Shown here piece by piece: positions 60,003 to 64,000 of a DNA stretch of 64,000 bases; positions within the stretch are counted from its first letter, which is position 1, and each line of letters opens with the position of its first letter. A program made the position numbers and the translations under genes. Location: assembly GCF_009914755.1 (NCBI RefSeq), contig NC_060936.1; one strand, given 5' to 3'. The notes beneath the pieces were generated by a model. That model saw only the letters and a list, made by a program, of their open reading frames with translations, was not told the origin of the DNA and did no database searches. This DNA comes from the human T2T-CHM13v2.0 reference genome, Homo sapiens.

Positions 60003-60133
60003 GGCTGAGCAGGAAGATCGCTTGAGCTCAGGAGCTCAAGACCAACCAGGGCAACATGGCAAAACCCCATCTCTACAAAAATTACCAAAAAAAAATTAGC
60101 TAGGCATGGTGGCATGCACCTGTAGTCCAAGCT
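60003..60133 (+). mobile_element. AluJ fragment (left arm to start of right arm)
   Basis: gatcgcttgagctcaggag...gggcaacatggcaaaaccccatctctacaaaaa...cacctgtagtcc. Confidence 0.85.
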
Positions 60134-60459
60134 TGGAACAGGAGAACTTAACTAACATATTAAGTACAAATTGTGCAAGAACTTTCACACACGTCGTCTC
60201 ATTTCATCCCCACCAGGGTCCTCTGAAAGAGGCATTATTTTTCCTATTTACTAGTGAGGAAATAGAAGCTTAGAGAGATTCAGGTATTTAGTCAAAATGT
60301 CATAATCCTTGAAAATATAGACTGTCTTTTTTCATTTACATACTTGCATACATGTTTATACTTGTATACACAGACTCTGACTCAATAAATGGGCCAAATG
60401 GAAGAACTGGGATCTGGCAGAGACAGTGTCTTTCTCATTTAGTACTGTATAGCTGGAAA

Positions 60460-60527
60460 GGAAGGAAGGAAGGAAGGAAGGAAGGAAGGAAGGAAGGAAG
60501 GAAGGAAGGAGGGAGGGAAGGAAGGAA
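60460..60527 (+). repeat. (GGAA)12(GGAG)2(GGAA)3 microsatellite
   Basis: Counted directly from the sequence. Confidence 0.97.
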
Positions 60528-60575
60528 GTTAGTTTGTACTTCAAGCCTCATTCTCTTTCTAGTTTGGAGAATTAC

Positions 60576-61280
60576 TGTTATAGTAGGTAGCTAGTCAGGC
60601 ATGAACAGGGCAGGAGAGGGCTCCCCCAACCCCACCAGGAATGTCAGGAGACCATCAGGTGATGGTCACGCAATTGTTACACTGTCTGTCTAAAATAATA
60701 CTTGGTCACAGCTGGTACCAGGAAAAGGCAGTCTCCCAGTAGAAAAAAAAAAACAGAAGCTGGTGATAAGCAGCTTCCCGATAAGATCTCTGCAGTTAGG
60801 TGAGTGTGCTCAAGCATGCCTATTAAGAGGCAAAATGGAGAAGTTTAACTGGTGTATGACCTTCTAGGGACATTCTGCTGGTAAGGGGAGAATGCCTCAA
60901 GTGAGCATGCGTAGAACTCCAGTGAACACACTGCTCCCCTCCCAAGTGCTGGCAGGCCACTGTGCATGCGGACAGTCCACCTCAAGGGAAGAACCAGGGA
61001 AAAAGTAACGCAAGACCCGGGAAGTATATGCCAACATATAAAAGCCCAAGTCAAAAGGTCAAACATGCACTTGACCTCTCAAGTTGCCCGTTTGGCCCTC
61101 TTCCAAGTGTACTTTACTTTGTTTCATTCCTGCTCTAAAGCTTTTTAATAAATGTTCACTGCCGCTCTAAAACTTGCCTCTGTCTCTCCTTCTGCCTCAT
61201 CTCACTCAGGCAAATTCTTTCTTCTGAGGAGGCAAGAATCGAGGTTGCTGCAGACCCATTTGGATTTGCCGCCACTAAGA
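60576..61280 (+). mobile_element. MER50-like ERV1 LTR, near full length
   Basis: tgttatagtaggtagctagtcaggcatgaacagggcaggagaggg...; TATAAAA 61037-61043; AATAAA 61147-61152; ends ggatttgccgccactaaga. Confidence 0.85.
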
Positions 61281-63672
61281 TACTTTGTGGTACCACGTGA
61301 CTTGGATAACACTACTAGACTGATGTCCTATCAACTTGGTATTCACAACATCTAGCACATTACCTGGCACTCAGAAGCGCTCAACAAATGCAGACTGACT
61401 ATGGTCACCTGCTGAAATTTAAAAAAAGTACACAAAAAACTTCCCAGCACACCCATAGACTCCCAGTGGCAAAGTAAATATAAGTTGATGATCAGGTCAA
61501 CAACTAAATCTGAGAAGCTGAAACGTCTACCTATGGAAAATTGAGCATTGAGTGTATATGGACAGTGCCCTGACAGAAACTCACAAACACATACACAGCA
61601 CACTATGGCTCTACAGAGACACAGAAAAGTATTATTGGATTCTTCAGGTGGCCTAATCCCATACCATTTTGTACCTTAAAAGTAAAGGTCAGAGCAGTGA
61701 ACTGAATCAGCAATGAATGTGAAAAGCAATGCTGTTAATATCCAGAGACACTGAATTCATACATCCCTCCTCCAAAAGGGCTGGGATTTTTCAAATAGAA
61801 ACTGCAGAGAGCAGTAGAATTATGATATCCTTGTAGATAGGATGTTCTACTTCACAAACATGGCCATATTCTTATTTTCTTCTTCCTTGGGGAGCCTCCA
61901 TCTCAAGATAACTTTTAAATAGAAACAACCGGCTTTTCAGCAGAGCCTGATTATCAATTTGCACCTCTTGCAAAGGAAGGCCTAGAATTCTATTGTTTTG
62001 TTAATTGTCAATTTGCATCTTTGAAAGGTGTTGCATTTTCTCTTCTTTCTAGCAGGTTAAGACTAATTCTGTATGTTAATAAATATTATAAACACTTTTC
62101 ACGAAAAATGCTGTTTGCTGAGAAGTAAGCTATTATTGTTATTCTCCATTTCCCTCTACTTAATTACACATTACATTTTAAAGTTGATCTTATCAAAACT
62201 AGTTACGCTCTTATTTAAAATGTTTTTTCTTCAGAAAAAAAAACTTTTGCTTTTTAAATCAACATTTAGACAAAATGTTTTTAAGGTACCCATTTTTAAT
62301 AGACATGAAAAGGATACAAATTAATTAAGGCAAAGTTTCACAAGGACACCTGTGATTTTTAGCTTGGGTAGCTTATTTGGAAATATTTCTTCCTTTGCTT
62401 TCTTGTGGTACGTATATACTATAAAAATATGAAAAGTAAAAACAAAAATCCATTTTACAAAGTAACAGGAAAACTGGAGATGCAAACTGTAAAAACCGTG
62501 ATAGGAAAAGAGACACACATTAGATAAAGATTTCCTTTACACTAGGTTTACAAGTAGTAACTTGGAAAACTACAAGTTCTTAACATGCCCTATCAGTACT
62601 AGTTCCAGTAGTTGATTCAGAATGATAAGATCTTTTGATATGCTTGCCAAAGCAGGTATTTTTAATCTACTGCAACACTTTCCCTACCTGATTGCTAAAT
62701 ATAAAATACTAAGTCAAATATTATAAGGTAACTCTCGAACTTTTCAGCTTGGAGAGGTGGTATTTAAAAAGATCAAGTGACACTTCCCATCATATCTGCG
62801 TGAGGATGTTTAAAGGCCACTTATATTGCTAAAAAAATGGATTTACATGTCGTAAATAGTTTTAATTTACTAAATGTATTTATAGCCTACCTTTTGGCCT
62901 AAAAGGATTTAAGAGTGGTAATCTCTACTTGTGTCACTTTGGTTTCTCAGGTGCAAAATCACGGATAAACAATATCTATCAATAACAAAGATCGTACATT
63001 TAAAATGTCTGTAAAGTGCTTTCTAAAATATGAATGTTACATGTGTTATGTATTACGGTTTCTGGGTTTGCTCCTAAACCATGTCATTATTCCAAGAAGA
63101 AGCCCCAACTTTGTGATATACCTTTACATTATAAATATTTAAAAGCTTTCCTGAAAGTATTAACACTTTGAAAGAACATTTTTTTAACATTTAAATCAAC
63201 TCCCCAAACTCAGCCTATCCCTGTCCCCAGGATATTTGTGTAATATATACACATTTTATACATGAGCCCATCCTATAATGTCTCTTACTGCCATTCCACA
63301 TTCTTTTGGATGAAACCTACAAAATCTAACTTTGTAAATCTATTTCCATGGAAAAACAAGAAAAAATAATTACTGGCAGAAAAAGTGGGTGCAGAGAAAT
63401 GGTGACGTGATAGAGAGTGCAATTTTAACATTAAAAGAAGTGAATTCCATTTGCAAATAACTCAGTATGGTCAAGTCATATGACAGGGAAACAGACAAAA
63501 CTCATTAATAGCATAAATGGTTGAAATATCTGACCTTCATTGAAGGATTTTCAGTGTTTTCAATTTTTTTGTTTCTTTTTTTTTTTAACTCTAAAAAGTA
63601 TACTTCCATATTTTAAAATGATTCTGAGACTACAGACTCCATTAATGTATTTCAGGAACTACTTTTCGGACA

Positions 63673-64000
63673 TGTCAAGCTTAGAACACAATAACCCAAA
63701 ATATGGGACCTTGACAATTGAGAAAACTACAGAGCAAGAAGGTCACTTCTGCCTTTCTCCTAGGAAGCATGGTCATAAAAAAATTCCAACCTATCTCACC
63801 TGAAAGTTCATAAGACCCTCATTCCAGACGGTCCTGCCCCATGGGGGGCCAGGAGGTAGAGGTGGGGAATATCATACAGAGACACAGGAAAAATCTGAAC
63901 AAACAGGACTTGCTGTAGTACGCCCCACCCAGTTTATTACTCTAAAATCATACTTCTATTGTCCAATCATGTTTTTCCATGATTATCCATGTAATTCATC
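63673..64000 (+). mobile_element. MER39/MER34-family ERV1 LTR (cut by window end)
   Basis: tg...acaataacccaaaatatgg...cataagaccctcattccaga...aatctgaacaaacagg...cagtttatta. Confidence 0.75.

Overview
Human genomic DNA: AT-rich, about 20 Alus including a near-consensus human-specific AluYa5, no CpG island and no supportable protein-coding exon. The ORF track is explained by Alu/L1/microsatellite read-through and chance. The one gene feature I recognise is a 97-nt non-coding exon on the minus strand (30173-30269; ttttatttttccag acceptor, AAG|GTATAT donor). From memory it matches an upstream 5'-UTR exon of the long SOX5 isoform (12p12). If so, the window is two very long SOX5 5' introns flanking this exon; this identification is recall-based and needs a BLAT check. 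The rest is a typical vertebrate regulatory-intron landscape. It contains Alu, MIR, L2, L3/CR1, old and young L1, DNA transposons (MER47A, MER20, Arthur1-like, MADE1 remnant) and LTRs (LTR33-, MER76-, MER50-, MER39-, MLT1-like), plus several repeat-free, motif-dense blocks that look like conserved developmental enhancers. I found no convincing new multi-gene system. The best leads are: overlapping micro-uORFs in the UTR exon; a 51-bp-arm hairpin inside a hAT fossil; a (GGAA)n microsatellite abutting an LTR promoter; a SOX/MEIS palindrome; a duplicated E-box/MEIS cassette; candidate recursive/cryptic splice sites; and a possibly polymorphic AluYa5. Repeat subfamily names come from recalled consensus features, not from a RepeatMasker run.
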